From the NCBI GenBank assembly GCA_040006935.1, contig JBDTVZ010000001.1, positions 167,772 through 231,771 of the forward strand: a stretch of DNA of 64,000 nt, in the 5' to 3' direction. The notes below the pieces were generated by a model that was given only the letters and a program-made list of their open reading frames with translations, ran no database searches and was not told where the DNA came from. A program made the position numbers and the translations under genes. This stretch comes from Candidatus Dojkabacteria bacterium (GTDB lineage Bacteria > Patescibacteriota > Dojkabacteria > J137). This document shows positions 25,449-36,000 of the stretch, one piece after another (positions within the stretch are counted from its first letter, which is position 1; every line of letters begins with the position of its first letter).

Positions 25449-25841
25449 ATGGAGATCAATGTTATTGCAGTTGTAGTATCAGCTTTGGCAGCATTCTTTT
25501 TAGGTTACTTTTGGTATTCAGTTATTCTTGTTAAACCATGGCAGAAAGAAATCGGAATGAAAGAGCAAAATAAGAATGTTCAACCACCAAATTTAGGTCA
25601 ATTGTTAATAGGTTCTTTAATTTTAGAAATCATCATGGCAGTTGTCTTATCCTCACTCATTGGCAAAGATGCAGATTTAATGATAGGTCTTGTTAAAGGA
25701 CTTGTCGTAGGAATCGCAGTAGCTTTAGCTTTTGGCGTAAATTATTTATTCGAAGGGAAAACTCTAAAACTTTGGTTAATAAATGCAAGTTATAACTTAG
25801 TTGTGTTTGCAGTAATGGGAATGATAATTGGAGCAATGTAA
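25449..25841 (+). CDS. DUF1761 family small membrane protein
   Basis: 130 aa, four TM segments. N-terminal INVIAVVVSALAAFFLGYFWYS is DUF1761-like. Confidence 0.55.
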   Translation: MEINVIAVVVSALAAFFLGYFWYSVILVKPWQKEIGMKEQNKNVQPPNLGQLLIGSLILEIIMAVVLSSLIGKDADLMIGLVKGLVVGIAVALAFGVNYLFEGKTLKLWLINASYNLVVFAVMGMIIGAM

Positions 25842-25975
25842 AATACGAAAGATCAGGAATTAATTTATTGCAAGATAGTAAATTACACTTGACTTGTATC
25901 TTAAAAGATACTAAAATCAGCGTAATCATTAGAGGGCATTGCACCACATAGATACGTTCTATCGTGATAGCACCC

Positions 25976-26467
25976 TCATTTTTTATGCCTTTCTAATTTT
26001 TGCCTTTCTTTATCTAAAAAGTGCTTGTATTTTTCGAAATCTTTCAAGAGGCTAGATTGTGATTTTCTATTGGGTATTATAATTTTTAATAATCGCTTTT
26101 CTTTCAGCATGTCTTCGATTAGGCAGTAGAAATCCCCATCTCCAGATACAATAATAGCTTGCTTATAATTCTTATATTGAATCTTTGCTGCATGTAAAAC
26201 TAATTCTGCGTCCACATTCCCTTTAATACTTTTTTTACCGAATTTTATAGCTGGTTTATAAATGACGTTGAAGCCACACTTCTCTAAAAATTTATATAAT
26301 CCTTTATTTTCTTCCATAAAACCTATAAAGACAAAGGCTTTTGAAATCCTGTACTTATCTTTAAGGAAGATATAAAATTTTTTGAAATCTAATTCCCAGC
26401 CTAAACTTTTAATACCTAAGTTCAGGTTTTGACTATCTATAAAAACATAGACTTCCTCTTTTTTCAT
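25976..26467 (-). CDS. NYN (LabA-like PIN) domain RNase-like protein
   Basis: VYVFIDSQNL...AIIVSGDGDFYCLIEDM shows the conserved acidic residues of the NYN/PIN fold. Confidence 0.75.
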   Translation of the reverse strand: MKKEEVYVFIDSQNLNLGIKSLGWELDFKKFYIFLKDKYRISKAFVFIGFMEENKGLYKFLEKCGFNVIYKPAIKFGKKSIKGNVDAELVLHAAKIQYKNYKQAIIVSGDGDFYCLIEDMLKEKRLLKIIIPNRKSQSSLLKDFEKYKHFLDKERQKLERHKK

Positions 26468-26571
26468 AAATTAAAGATTTTATTATTTACTAAGAAAGAA
26501 TTTAACAGTAAATTTATTTACAGTCAATGAGCATTGTCTGTGTTCATTATTTCGTATAGAAGTAACTGATC

Positions 26572-26991
26572 TTAATTCCCTTCCACATAACTCTTAAAGT
26601 TATTCAGAATTGATTGCCATCCTCCTCTCTGTACTTCTTCTGGATTTTCATTTTCCAAATCGAAGGTCACTTCGATTTTAGTTTGTCCATTTTCTTCCTT
26701 CATTGAAATAGCTACTTTTCTTTTGTCCTCACCATCCATAGTGTATTTTATTAAACTCTTATCTACCACCTCATCGTAGGTACCAGTAAAATCAAATCCT
26801 TGGCTACCGTCCTTTGCTTCCATTCTACTTAAAAATCTTCCTCCTGCTCTTAAGTCATTTTCTGCTTTAGGTGTATGCCAATCTGGGGAAGCATTATTCC
26901 ACTTCATAATATGCTCTGGCATTGTGTAAAAATCCCAAACTTTTTGAATAGGTGCGTTGATAGTTTCATTTACAGTTATGCTTTTTGCCAT
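26572..26991 (-). CDS. SRPBCC superfamily protein (AHSA1/Activator of Hsp90 ATPase homolog-like)
   Basis: ITVNETINAPIQKVWDFYTMPEHIMKWN...WQSILNNFKSYVE matches the AHSA1-domain pattern. Confidence 0.75.
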   Translation of the reverse strand: MAKSITVNETINAPIQKVWDFYTMPEHIMKWNNASPDWHTPKAENDLRAGGRFLSRMEAKDGSQGFDFTGTYDEVVDKSLIKYTMDGEDKRKVAISMKEENGQTKIEVTFDLENENPEEVQRGGWQSILNNFKSYVEGN

Positions 26992-27106
26992 AAGGTTTTA
27001 TTAAAAGTTAATCAAAGTAATTTTAGCATTACTTGATTTGGTTCAGTAAATAAATCCTCATAATCATTACAGGATGAGTCATTTGTCATAGTTCAAACTT
27101 TAGGCA

Positions 27107-28699
27107 TCACTTATTCTTAATCGGTAACGTAAACGAAAATTTTGATCCTTTCCCAAGTTTACTTTTCACTTCTACATTGCCTCTCCAATTTTCAACGTAA
27201 GATTTAACTAAGTACAATCCTAGCCCTGAACCTTGAGGGTTGCTAATAATACTTTTATCCGTACGGAAAAATTTAGTGAAAAGTTTCGATTGATCTTTTT
27301 CAGATATTCCAATCCCATTATCTTTTACACTTACTAAAATCATATCTTTTGCTCTATCTACAGATATTGTTACGTATCCTTTAGAAGGTGTATACTCTAA
27401 AGCATTTGTAACTAAATTTTCAATTACCTCGTAAAGTCTCTTCGGATCTATATTAATACTTGGTAAGTTTTTATTTTTTATCTCTAAATTAAACTCAATC
27501 TTCTTTTTCAAAGCTGGCACGCTCATTTCATTATAAATTTCTTGAATTAAATCTACAATATTTGTCGGTTTTGGATAATTCTTTATGCGACCTTGGTCTA
27601 TTCTTGATATAGAAAGTAAATCTCCCACTAGAGATATAACTCTCTTGTTGTTTTTAGAAATAATCTCAAGATAATCGCAAGTGGTTTTGGGAGCGTTCTT
27701 AATGTAATCTTGTTCCTGTAAAGCTTCTAAGTACCATTTAGTAATTCCCAAAGGGGTTCTTAGTTGATGCGAAGCTATCGAAACAAATTCAGTTTTCATC
27801 TTATCAATTTCGCTTTCTTTTGTGATATCACGGAATACGTCTATTGCACCTAATATTTTCCCATCAATTATAACTGGGGTGACTGTGAGTGCTACAGGAA
27901 ACTTTGTTTGGTCTTTTCTTATAAAATTATAAACACAATTAATAATAATATTTTTTGTAGAAGAAAGAACAAGCTGAATAGGATGTTCATTCGGAAGTAT
28001 TGCTTGACCTTCTTTAGTTTCGATATCCCATACCTCGATATTCTTTTTCCCAACTACATCAGAAGATTTACAATGCAGCATGCGCTCTGCGGATTTATTA
28101 ATTAATATCACCCTGGACTCGCTGTCAGTTACCACTACACCATCTCCTATGCTTGCAAGCATTGCTTCTGCCTGTATCTTTTCTTTCTCAATTTTAGTTT
28201 TAGCTTCTTCTAAGTCATCAACTATATTTATCATAGCCTTCTTAGTATCTTCTTGCTTCTTACTTAGATTTTTAAATTTTATGTTCTGAATATTAATCGC
28301 TGCTTCGGCAGCCTTTCGAATACTATTATCGCGAATATTGAATTCGACAGTTTCTTTCCCATCAACATCATAAATATGGCTGTTAAATTCAACATTAAGT
28401 ACTTCTTTATTCTTGTTTTGAAGTTGAAGATCTTCTGGTTGTATTGATCTTTTAATTATCAATTCGTCAAACTCTTTTTTAGAATGAACAATGTCTTGAA
28501 AAGAGCTGATTTCCCATATTTTTTTCCCCACAACAATGTTCATAGGAAGATCTAAAAATTTTTCTATGAAACGGTTTATAGCAAGCACTTTTCCAGAAGA
28601 AGCTTCGATTATTAATATTCCATCGGTTGAAGTTTCAAATAATCTTCGAAAGCTAGACTCTGATTCTATAATTTTTTCTTGAATTTCTTTAGTGTTCAA
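27107..28699 (-). CDS. Sensor histidine kinase with tandem PAS domains (cytoplasmic, no TM)
   Basis: H-box SIASHQLRTPL. HATPase_c N/G1/G2 boxes (NLVTNALEYT, DNGIGIS, GSGLGL). Two PAS-like regions in the N-terminal 300 aa. Confidence 0.85.
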   Translation of the reverse strand: MNTKEIQEKIIESESSFRRLFETSTDGILIIEASSGKVLAINRFIEKFLDLPMNIVVGKKIWEISSFQDIVHSKKEFDELIIKRSIQPEDLQLQNKNKEVLNVEFNSHIYDVDGKETVEFNIRDNSIRKAAEAAINIQNIKFKNLSKKQEDTKKAMINIVDDLEEAKTKIEKEKIQAEAMLASIGDGVVVTDSESRVILINKSAERMLHCKSSDVVGKKNIEVWDIETKEGQAILPNEHPIQLVLSSTKNIIINCVYNFIRKDQTKFPVALTVTPVIIDGKILGAIDVFRDITKESEIDKMKTEFVSIASHQLRTPLGITKWYLEALQEQDYIKNAPKTTCDYLEIISKNNKRVISLVGDLLSISRIDQGRIKNYPKPTNIVDLIQEIYNEMSVPALKKKIEFNLEIKNKNLPSINIDPKRLYEVIENLVTNALEYTPSKGYVTISVDRAKDMILVSVKDNGIGISEKDQSKLFTKFFRTDKSIISNPQGSGLGLYLVKSYVENWRGNVEVKSKLGKGSKFSFTLPIKNK

Positions 28700-28756
28700 T
28701 AAAAAAATTAAAAAGGGAAAATTTAAACACTACCTGGAATTCTCAAGCGAAGAAAA

Positions 28757-29377
28757 TCACACACTCTTTTTTGGCTTTAAGCTGATAATCGACTTAAGCT
28801 CCTCAAGTTCTTTTTTCAGCTCAATCATTTTCAATTCTCTTCCAACCATTGTCTCATTAAGTTTTTCCAATTCAACAACACGTAACTCTAATTGTTTTGT
28901 TTGATGCGCTACTTCAATATTTAACTTCCTAGCGTACTCTCTCAACTGTTCCTCTAATTCTTTTTGCTTAGTAATATCTTCCATTGCAAGCAGCATTATA
29001 GGGTTCTTCTCATTCTCCCTAAATATCCTTCGAGCATTAAGAAGCAATATCCTACGGCCTATCTGAGGGAATACATGTTCAACTTTAAAATCTTCAAAAT
29101 ATGTATTTTTAGGAAGAATATCTTCCAATAGGATTCGAAGTTTTGGAATATCCCATTGTCCATTTCCTAAATCATAAATTTTTTTACTTTCAGTTACCTC
29201 TGGGGTTGTTTGGAAAACTTTGTAAAAAGTCTTATTTGCAGAAAGCACAGCTAGATTCTCGTCTAAAATTAAGAATGGCTCACGGAGAGTATCTACAACA
29301 GTTTTTATATATGACCATGCAACATCCCATATATGATCTGCATCAACATTATCTGTTTTTGTGGTTTTGCTATTCAT
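28757..29377 (-). CDS. PAS domain protein with C-terminal coiled coil
   Basis: PAS core LREPFLILDENLAVLSANKTFYKVF, followed by a heptad-rich, E/K/L-rich tail. Confidence 0.6.
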   Translation of the reverse strand: MNSKTTKTDNVDADHIWDVAWSYIKTVVDTLREPFLILDENLAVLSANKTFYKVFQTTPEVTESKKIYDLGNGQWDIPKLRILLEDILPKNTYFEDFKVEHVFPQIGRRILLLNARRIFRENEKNPIMLLAMEDITKQKELEEQLREYARKLNIEVAHQTKQLELRVVELEKLNETMVGRELKMIELKKELEELKSIISLKPKKSV

Positions 29378-29553
29378 AAGTGGTTTACTTTATAGCAAAT
29401 ATAGGCGTTCGTTTTCTTGATTTCATTATCTATCTGCGATAAAGATTTGTCAACAAATTAAGATTCCAAAAACATATTTCAGCATTTGAATATGAGCATT
29501 GTCTTAAATATTTTTTATTTTTTTGATACATTAATTAATTATCTGCTAAAATT

Positions 29554-31248
29554 ATGAAAAAAAAGTCTATGAAAACAACCGTTTCTAAATTTTTATCTAA
29601 GTTCAATAAAGCAAATACGCTATTCATAATAGGGCTCATTGCTCTTACAGTAATGACGGGTTATACGTATGGTAAACATGATCAGGCACTATATATTCCT
29701 CTAATTAGTAAAATCTTAAACCCAGATTTATATACAAGAGATGCATTTGCATATTTAATCAATAATGAAGCTGCAAGTTTTCTTAAACTACTAGCTCCTT
29801 TCTTTAGAATATTTGGGGTTGAAACAGGGTTCTTTATTCTTTACTACATTGGCTACGGAGTACTAGTTTTTGCTTCCTATCTCATAGGTAAGTTCATGTT
29901 TAATAATAGGAATGCAGGATATGTGCTTGCGTTATTAGTCATGTCTTCAAGAATGCCGATTTTAACTCCAGAAACATTCTTTGCAACAAGAGCTTTGATA
30001 TTACCTCTTCTCCTAATAGCAGTTTATTTTTTTATAAAGAGTCAATATAAGATAAGCTACTTTCTAATAGGTGTACTTGCAAATTTTCATCAGATATCAG
30101 CACTTTCTTTATTAATAATACTAGCCTTCATACATCTAGCATTTATCAAAAGTATTGGAATTAAAAAAACAATAATGTCAGGACTACTATTTCTTCTGGG
30201 TTTTACTCCAACGATAGTTCAAATACTAATGGGAAATGGTACAAAAATAATTTTAACTATCGATGAAGGATGGTACAAATTTCAAAGAATACTTACAGTT
30301 GGCAATTATGGAATATTTTATCCAGAAGGCTCAGAAGCAACTGCAACTTTCCTATTTATTCTATTTGGAGCTTTCTCAATTTTTCTATTACTTAGAAAAT
30401 ACAGGAGTCTTCAAGAAGAAAAATATAAGCAAGCTTACGACAAATTAAGTCTAATGATTTTATTTACAATTATATTTGAATTAGTAGTTGCAATCATCTA
30501 TCGATTCTATCCAATAGTTATACTTGTTCAATTACAACTTATAAGAGCTTCGTCATATCTTACAATCTTTTCAGCTTTAGGTCTTGGTGTAGTTATATAT
30601 TTATTATATATAAATAAAAAGATTAATATTTTCCAAGGAATAGTATCGTTCATGCTCTTCTACTTTGGATTAGCCTTGCTAAGTGTAATATTTTTATTAT
30701 TATGTGATCGAAAACTTATTCCAAAACTTATTACTTATATAATGATTCTTATAGGTTTGGCATCATTTGTACATACATTCCAAATAACAAGAGGTTACAT
30801 ATCTTGGGGCTCTTTATATAATGTAGACCAAAGTTTTATTAATTTACAAGATTGGATGAGGAACAATACTCCTGTTACATCTTTATTCTTAGCGCCAACA
30901 AACATAGACGATGTTACATCGGGAAATATTCGAGTTATATCTCAAAGAAATATATTATTTACTCCATCTGAATTATGGATGGATATTATATTTTACAAAG
31001 GGTATAAACCTTTAGTAGAAGTACTTGATGATATTTCTCATGGCAAGGCTACAGAATCAATAAACGAAGTAAATGGAGGAAAATTATTCTACGATGTAAT
31101 GACGAAAAGTTATATTGATTTAACAGCTAGTGATGTTTTAAAACTTAAAGAAAAATATGGAATTGATTATTTTATAGTTGAGGCCAAATACAGGTACGAC
31201 TTTAATGAAGTATTCTCAAATGATGAGTATAGGGTATATAGGTTATAA
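29554..31248 (+). CDS. Polytopic membrane protein (~12 TM) with C-terminal extracytoplasmic domain. Possible glycosyltransferase-C/PMT-like fold.
   Basis: 564 aa, many hydrophobic helices, soluble C-terminal ~150 aa. Family not identified. Confidence 0.5.
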   Translation: MKKKSMKTTVSKFLSKFNKANTLFIIGLIALTVMTGYTYGKHDQALYIPLISKILNPDLYTRDAFAYLINNEAASFLKLLAPFFRIFGVETGFFILYYIGYGVLVFASYLIGKFMFNNRNAGYVLALLVMSSRMPILTPETFFATRALILPLLLIAVYFFIKSQYKISYFLIGVLANFHQISALSLLIILAFIHLAFIKSIGIKKTIMSGLLFLLGFTPTIVQILMGNGTKIILTIDEGWYKFQRILTVGNYGIFYPEGSEATATFLFILFGAFSIFLLLRKYRSLQEEKYKQAYDKLSLMILFTIIFELVVAIIYRFYPIVILVQLQLIRASSYLTIFSALGLGVVIYLLYINKKINIFQGIVSFMLFYFGLALLSVIFLLLCDRKLIPKLITYIMILIGLASFVHTFQITRGYISWGSLYNVDQSFINLQDWMRNNTPVTSLFLAPTNIDDVTSGNIRVISQRNILFTPSELWMDIIFYKGYKPLVEVLDDISHGKATESINEVNGGKLFYDVMTKSYIDLTASDVLKLKEKYGIDYFIVEAKYRYDFNEVFSNDEYRVYRL

Positions 31249-31371
31249 GTTATACGTTTTAGGTTATTCGCTCACTTCCTCTTAATCTTCCACTTCCACT
31301 AATCCTTCTCATTGACATCAAAATAACACAGCAGTAAGATAAGTTACTACATTGTCACTTTCGAAAAAGAC

Positions 31372-31896
31372 ATGAATAATACTGAGAAAATAAAGAGACT
31401 GAATTCTATACAGAAAATATCTATAATCACCATCGTAGGACTATTCCTCGTGGGCACTGTTCTATTTGTTATTAAACCAAATCTTATGCAACAAACTAAA
31501 GTACCTTATTCAATAGATATTCTTAAAGCAACAGTTGAGAATACATACTTCAGAAAAGTACTTTTTACAGGAGATAAAAGTCAATTAGTAGTTATGGATA
31601 TTAAACCTGGAGAAGATATAGGAGAAGAAACGCATCCACATACAGAGCAAACATTATTTTTATTAAGTGGAGAAGGAAAATCAGTTTTAGATGGAGTTGA
31701 AAAACCATTTAAAGCAGGAGAGGTTGTAGTAGTAACACCGGGAACAAAGCATAATTTTGTAAATACAGGCAATGTCTCGCTTAAAATTTATACAATGTAC
31801 TCTCCTCCTAATCATATCGATGGGCGAATTCATAAAACAAAGCAGGATGCTATTGATGATGTAGCCGACGAAGAGTTTGGAAACGAGGTTAAGTAA
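31372..31896 (+). CDS. Membrane-anchored cupin domain protein (paralog of 56459..56854)
   Basis: N-terminal TM, then a cupin core EETHPHTEQTLFLLSGEGKSVLDG...GEVVVVTPGTKHNFVNTG (two His-containing motifs). Confidence 0.7.
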   Translation: MNNTEKIKRLNSIQKISIITIVGLFLVGTVLFVIKPNLMQQTKVPYSIDILKATVENTYFRKVLFTGDKSQLVVMDIKPGEDIGEETHPHTEQTLFLLSGEGKSVLDGVEKPFKAGEVVVVTPGTKHNFVNTGNVSLKIYTMYSPPNHIDGRIHKTKQDAIDDVADEEFGNEVK

Positions 31897-32127
31897 TTTA
31901 TTAATTCACTTGCAGTAATTGCTTTAAATCAGTCTCTATCTGGATTATACTATTTCCGAATCCAATATCTAGCAAGTAACTTTCGAAATTGTTTTCTAAT
32001 CCAAACATAATCGCAAGTCCTAGTAGAATAAATAATATTATCAAATAAAATAACTTATCCTATAATATCATTTTCATCAAAGTAAGTAAGTTGTAAGAGT
32101 ATTCCCTTCATGATATATTAAAATAAA

Positions 32128-32910
32128 TTGTTTAAAAAATTCAAATTGATCAAATTGAAAAAGACAAGCATTGGATTTACTTTAATCATAGGGGCTTTAA
32201 TTCTACTTCTTACTAGTCAGCAGAGAGTTTTTGGAGCTGATGTAAAACCAGATCTTCCTGATATAACAATTACTTCACCCATTTCTAGCGATTTTGTTGC
32301 AAATACATCTGTAGTTGTTACAGGGAAGTCACCGGTTGGAGTTTTGGTAACTGTAACTTTAAAATACGAAGGAGAAAGGAATCTTCTTAATTTGGACCCC
32401 CAAACAACATATACAGAAACAATTACAAGTGATCAAAGTGGTGACTGGGCATACGTTCCATCTAAAAATCTTGCAGCAGGTAGGTATTCAGTATTCGCCT
32501 CCTATATTAATCCAGATAATAACATTGTAACCACAGATACTATTAATTTTAATATCACAAGTACTGAAAACTATTTACAAACATTAGTACTTTTTGGACT
32601 TCCCACAATTGTCATTTTGTTATTCGGTTCCATTGGCTATAGAAATAGTCAGCTAATCAAGGCTTTGCAACGAGCACTTATTATTACCTATAGTGTTGTG
32701 CAACTTAATTCTAAAAAAATAGCCCTTAACGAAGCAAAAATGAATGCAATTCCAACTTCCCCAAGGATTCTACCTATAAATGCTACGGATACAATTTCAA
32801 ATTCTGTTACATTAGAAAAGAATAGAACCAACGTCACTCTTAAAGCAGATAATGTACCAATAGAATCAACACCGATGATTATAAAACAAAAAAAATCTCA
32901 GAAAGATTGA
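32128..32910 (+). CDS. Secreted/membrane-anchored Ig-like domain protein
   Basis: Signal peptide ending FGADV, an Ig-like beta-rich segment, a TM (LVLFGLPTIVILLFGSIGY) and a cytoplasmic tail. Confidence 0.5.
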   Translation: MFKKFKLIKLKKTSIGFTLIIGALILLLTSQQRVFGADVKPDLPDITITSPISSDFVANTSVVVTGKSPVGVLVTVTLKYEGERNLLNLDPQTTYTETITSDQSGDWAYVPSKNLAAGRYSVFASYINPDNNIVTTDTINFNITSTENYLQTLVLFGLPTIVILLFGSIGYRNSQLIKALQRALIITYSVVQLNSKKIALNEAKMNAIPTSPRILPINATDTISNSVTLEKNRTNVTLKADNVPIESTPMIIKQKKSQKD

Positions 32911-33085
32911 TTACCCCGTAAGTGGAATTCTTATTTATAAAAAATTTACATTTAATTAGTATTACTATAATTTTATCTCTGATATACTAACTATAGGTTA
33001 TGCTTTTATACATTAACTCAGGCAGTTAGATAACAACAAGTGTTGTTTTAGTTCAGGTTTATAAATATAAGTAAGTTTATTAAAT

Positions 33086-36000
33086 TTGGCTATTAATTCA
33101 CTAACAAAAATATCTTTCCCGAAAATAGGAAGGAGTAATATTATAAAACTATTTTTAGGTTTTGTTTTGTTTGTAGCACTGATTTTAATTGCTGTATTTG
33201 TTTTGAATAAACAAACGCCACTTGCTCAGAAAACATACAGTTTTATACAAGACAAAGTACCTTTAAACTCTCTTTCAAAAGATACTACTAATTCTAATGA
33301 AACTGATAACTCTCTCGAATTTTCGCAGGATTTAAATACTTCTTCTTCCTATGTAAAAACAATTCAAAAAACAGATTCTGAAAATAACTACCTAAATCTA
33401 AATATTAATAATACTGCCGTAGGGGTATATTTGACTGCTAACGAGTCCAGCAGTGCAGTCAGTGCAAATCATAAAATTACTTATGAAAACATATATCAGA
33501 ATGTTGATTTTGAGTACGAAAATTTTGTAGATCACATAAAGGAAACAATTTTTATTAAGGATGCTGCTTCACCAAAAGAATTCTCATTTTATTTAAAACT
33601 ACCTTCTACAATTACATTATCTTCAGAAAGTGACGGTAGCATATTAGCATCAGAGAATGGCAATTCAATCTTTTATATTTACCCGGTCACAGCTCAGGAC
33701 GCAACAGGTAAAGAAGTTAAATATGACTATACCTTAGAAAAAAATGAATCAGGGTATAAACTTAATTTAATACCTTCACAAGAAGTTGATTTTACACAAT
33801 TAGTTTATCCTGTAATAATAGACCCTACTTTTACTTGGACTTTTGGTTATTCCTCAGACTATACGCTCTCAGACTCTACAAAGATTGAAATAGCTGCTAA
33901 TGTGCTAAGGTTAAAGTTAAATGCAGGAACTTACGCTACAGATAATCCTTACGCAGTTACTAACAATCCAGTAAACTTTACAACTGTAAGCACGTTTACA
34001 GAAACATTAGGGGCAAACAATCAAGGCACTGTTCAGTATCAACTTTCACCAGATAAATCTGTTTGGTATTGGTGGAATGGCAGTACGTGGACAACCGCCT
34101 CACCTTCGAGTTTTGCTCAATCAAATACAGCAACAGTAGTGAACGCTCACTTTGCAGCAGCAGGAACATTAGCAGGAGCCGGTCCATTTTATGTAAAGGC
34201 ATTCTTACATGCACCTACTAACACAACTCCGGTAGAATTAAGTGGCTTTACGGTTACTTATACTGGACCTACAGCACCTTCAATTACAACCGTATCACCA
34301 AGTAGTGGTTACACGAGTGGAGGTACAAATATCACAATCACTGGTACCCATTATGTTTTACCTAACTCGGGAGGAGATACCGGATGGGGTGCTGTTGCTG
34401 CCAAAACCCTGCCTACTGTACTTCAAGGATCTTCTGTTGCAATCGTAGGAAATAATATCTATGCTTTCGGTGGATATAGCACAGGTTACACAAATGTAAT
34501 TTACACAGCAACGATAGCAGATCCTACAACCTGGTCAATAGTAGCATCAAAAACATTACCTGCAAACCTTGCATATGCAAGTGTTGCTGTTATTGGAAGC
34601 AATGTTTATTTATTTGGAGGATTTAATGGAACTACTGCTTCTACGGCAATCTACCGAGCCACTACTGCGGATCCTACAACTTGGACTACTGTTGCTGGAA
34701 AGACTTTACCAACAGGAACATATGCAGCATCTTTGGCAATTGTAGGTAATAATATTTACCTTTATGGTGGTAGTAATGCGACAGCTAATACTAATCTTAT
34801 TTATACTGCGACAACAGCAGATCCTACTACCTGGTCCAATACAGGACATACACTACCATTTATTAGCGAGGCCGCTTCTATAATAACCGTAGGAAATACT
34901 ATGTATCTTCTAGGGGGGAATGATGTCGCTTATACTGGTAGAATTCTTTCTGCATCTACAAGCGACCCTACAACTTGGACAAACACGGGGAAAACGATAG
35001 GCGGTGCAAATGGTTTCTTTCAGATTCAAGCAATTGGAGATTATATTTACGCCTTCGGCGGGTTTACTGGTTCGGATCTGAACGTAATTTATAAAGCCCC
35101 TATATCTGATCCCACTACTTGGTCCAATACCGGGTTTACTTTATCTACAACTATAGGAGTTTCACAAAGCGCTGTTATCAATGGGTTTATATATATATTC
35201 GGAGGTAATGTAGCAGGTGCAGTAGCAAATGGCATATACAGGGTAGCTATTACTCATCTACGTCCAAATGTTTACAATCCAACATGGCTAACTAACTGGT
35301 CTACAACCAGCTCGGATCAATCAAATGTTTATTTTGGAGGAGTGGCGGCCACCAATATTGTCTATGCAAGCACTACTTCCATTACCGCAACTACACCAGC
35401 TCATGCTGCTGGCATTGTAGATGTAGTTGTAACTAATTATGATGGAGAAACAGCAACTAAAACTAGTGGATTTACTTACGTCCCGCCGCCAACGGTCTCT
35501 AATATAACACCAACCAATGTTTTAAAAACAGGTGGCACTGTGACAATCACAGGTACAGGTTTCATTGCAACGCCAACTGTGTCTATTGGTGGTATAGCCG
35601 CAGCGAGTGTAACTTTTGTAAATAGTACAACTCTAACTGTAACCACAGCTGCTCAAACGGTAGGAATATATAATGTCATCGTGACTAATTCTGATGGACA
35701 AACTGTAACCTTTCCTAATGCCATTACTTTTACAGAATTACCGCCTACAGTCAGTTCCATTTCTCCGACAAGTGGTTTCACTGCAGGTGGAACAAATGTA
35801 ACAGTTACAGGAACTAATTTTTTAGCTAAGAATACAGGCGGAGATGCAAGTTGGACCACTGTAGCCGGCAAGGTATTACCTAGTGTACTTTATGGAGGAC
35901 AGATAGCTGTTATTAATAATAATGTTTATCTTTTTGGAGGACATAATGCAAGTGCGTATGTAAATACTATTTATACTGCAACAGTAGCCGATCCAACAAC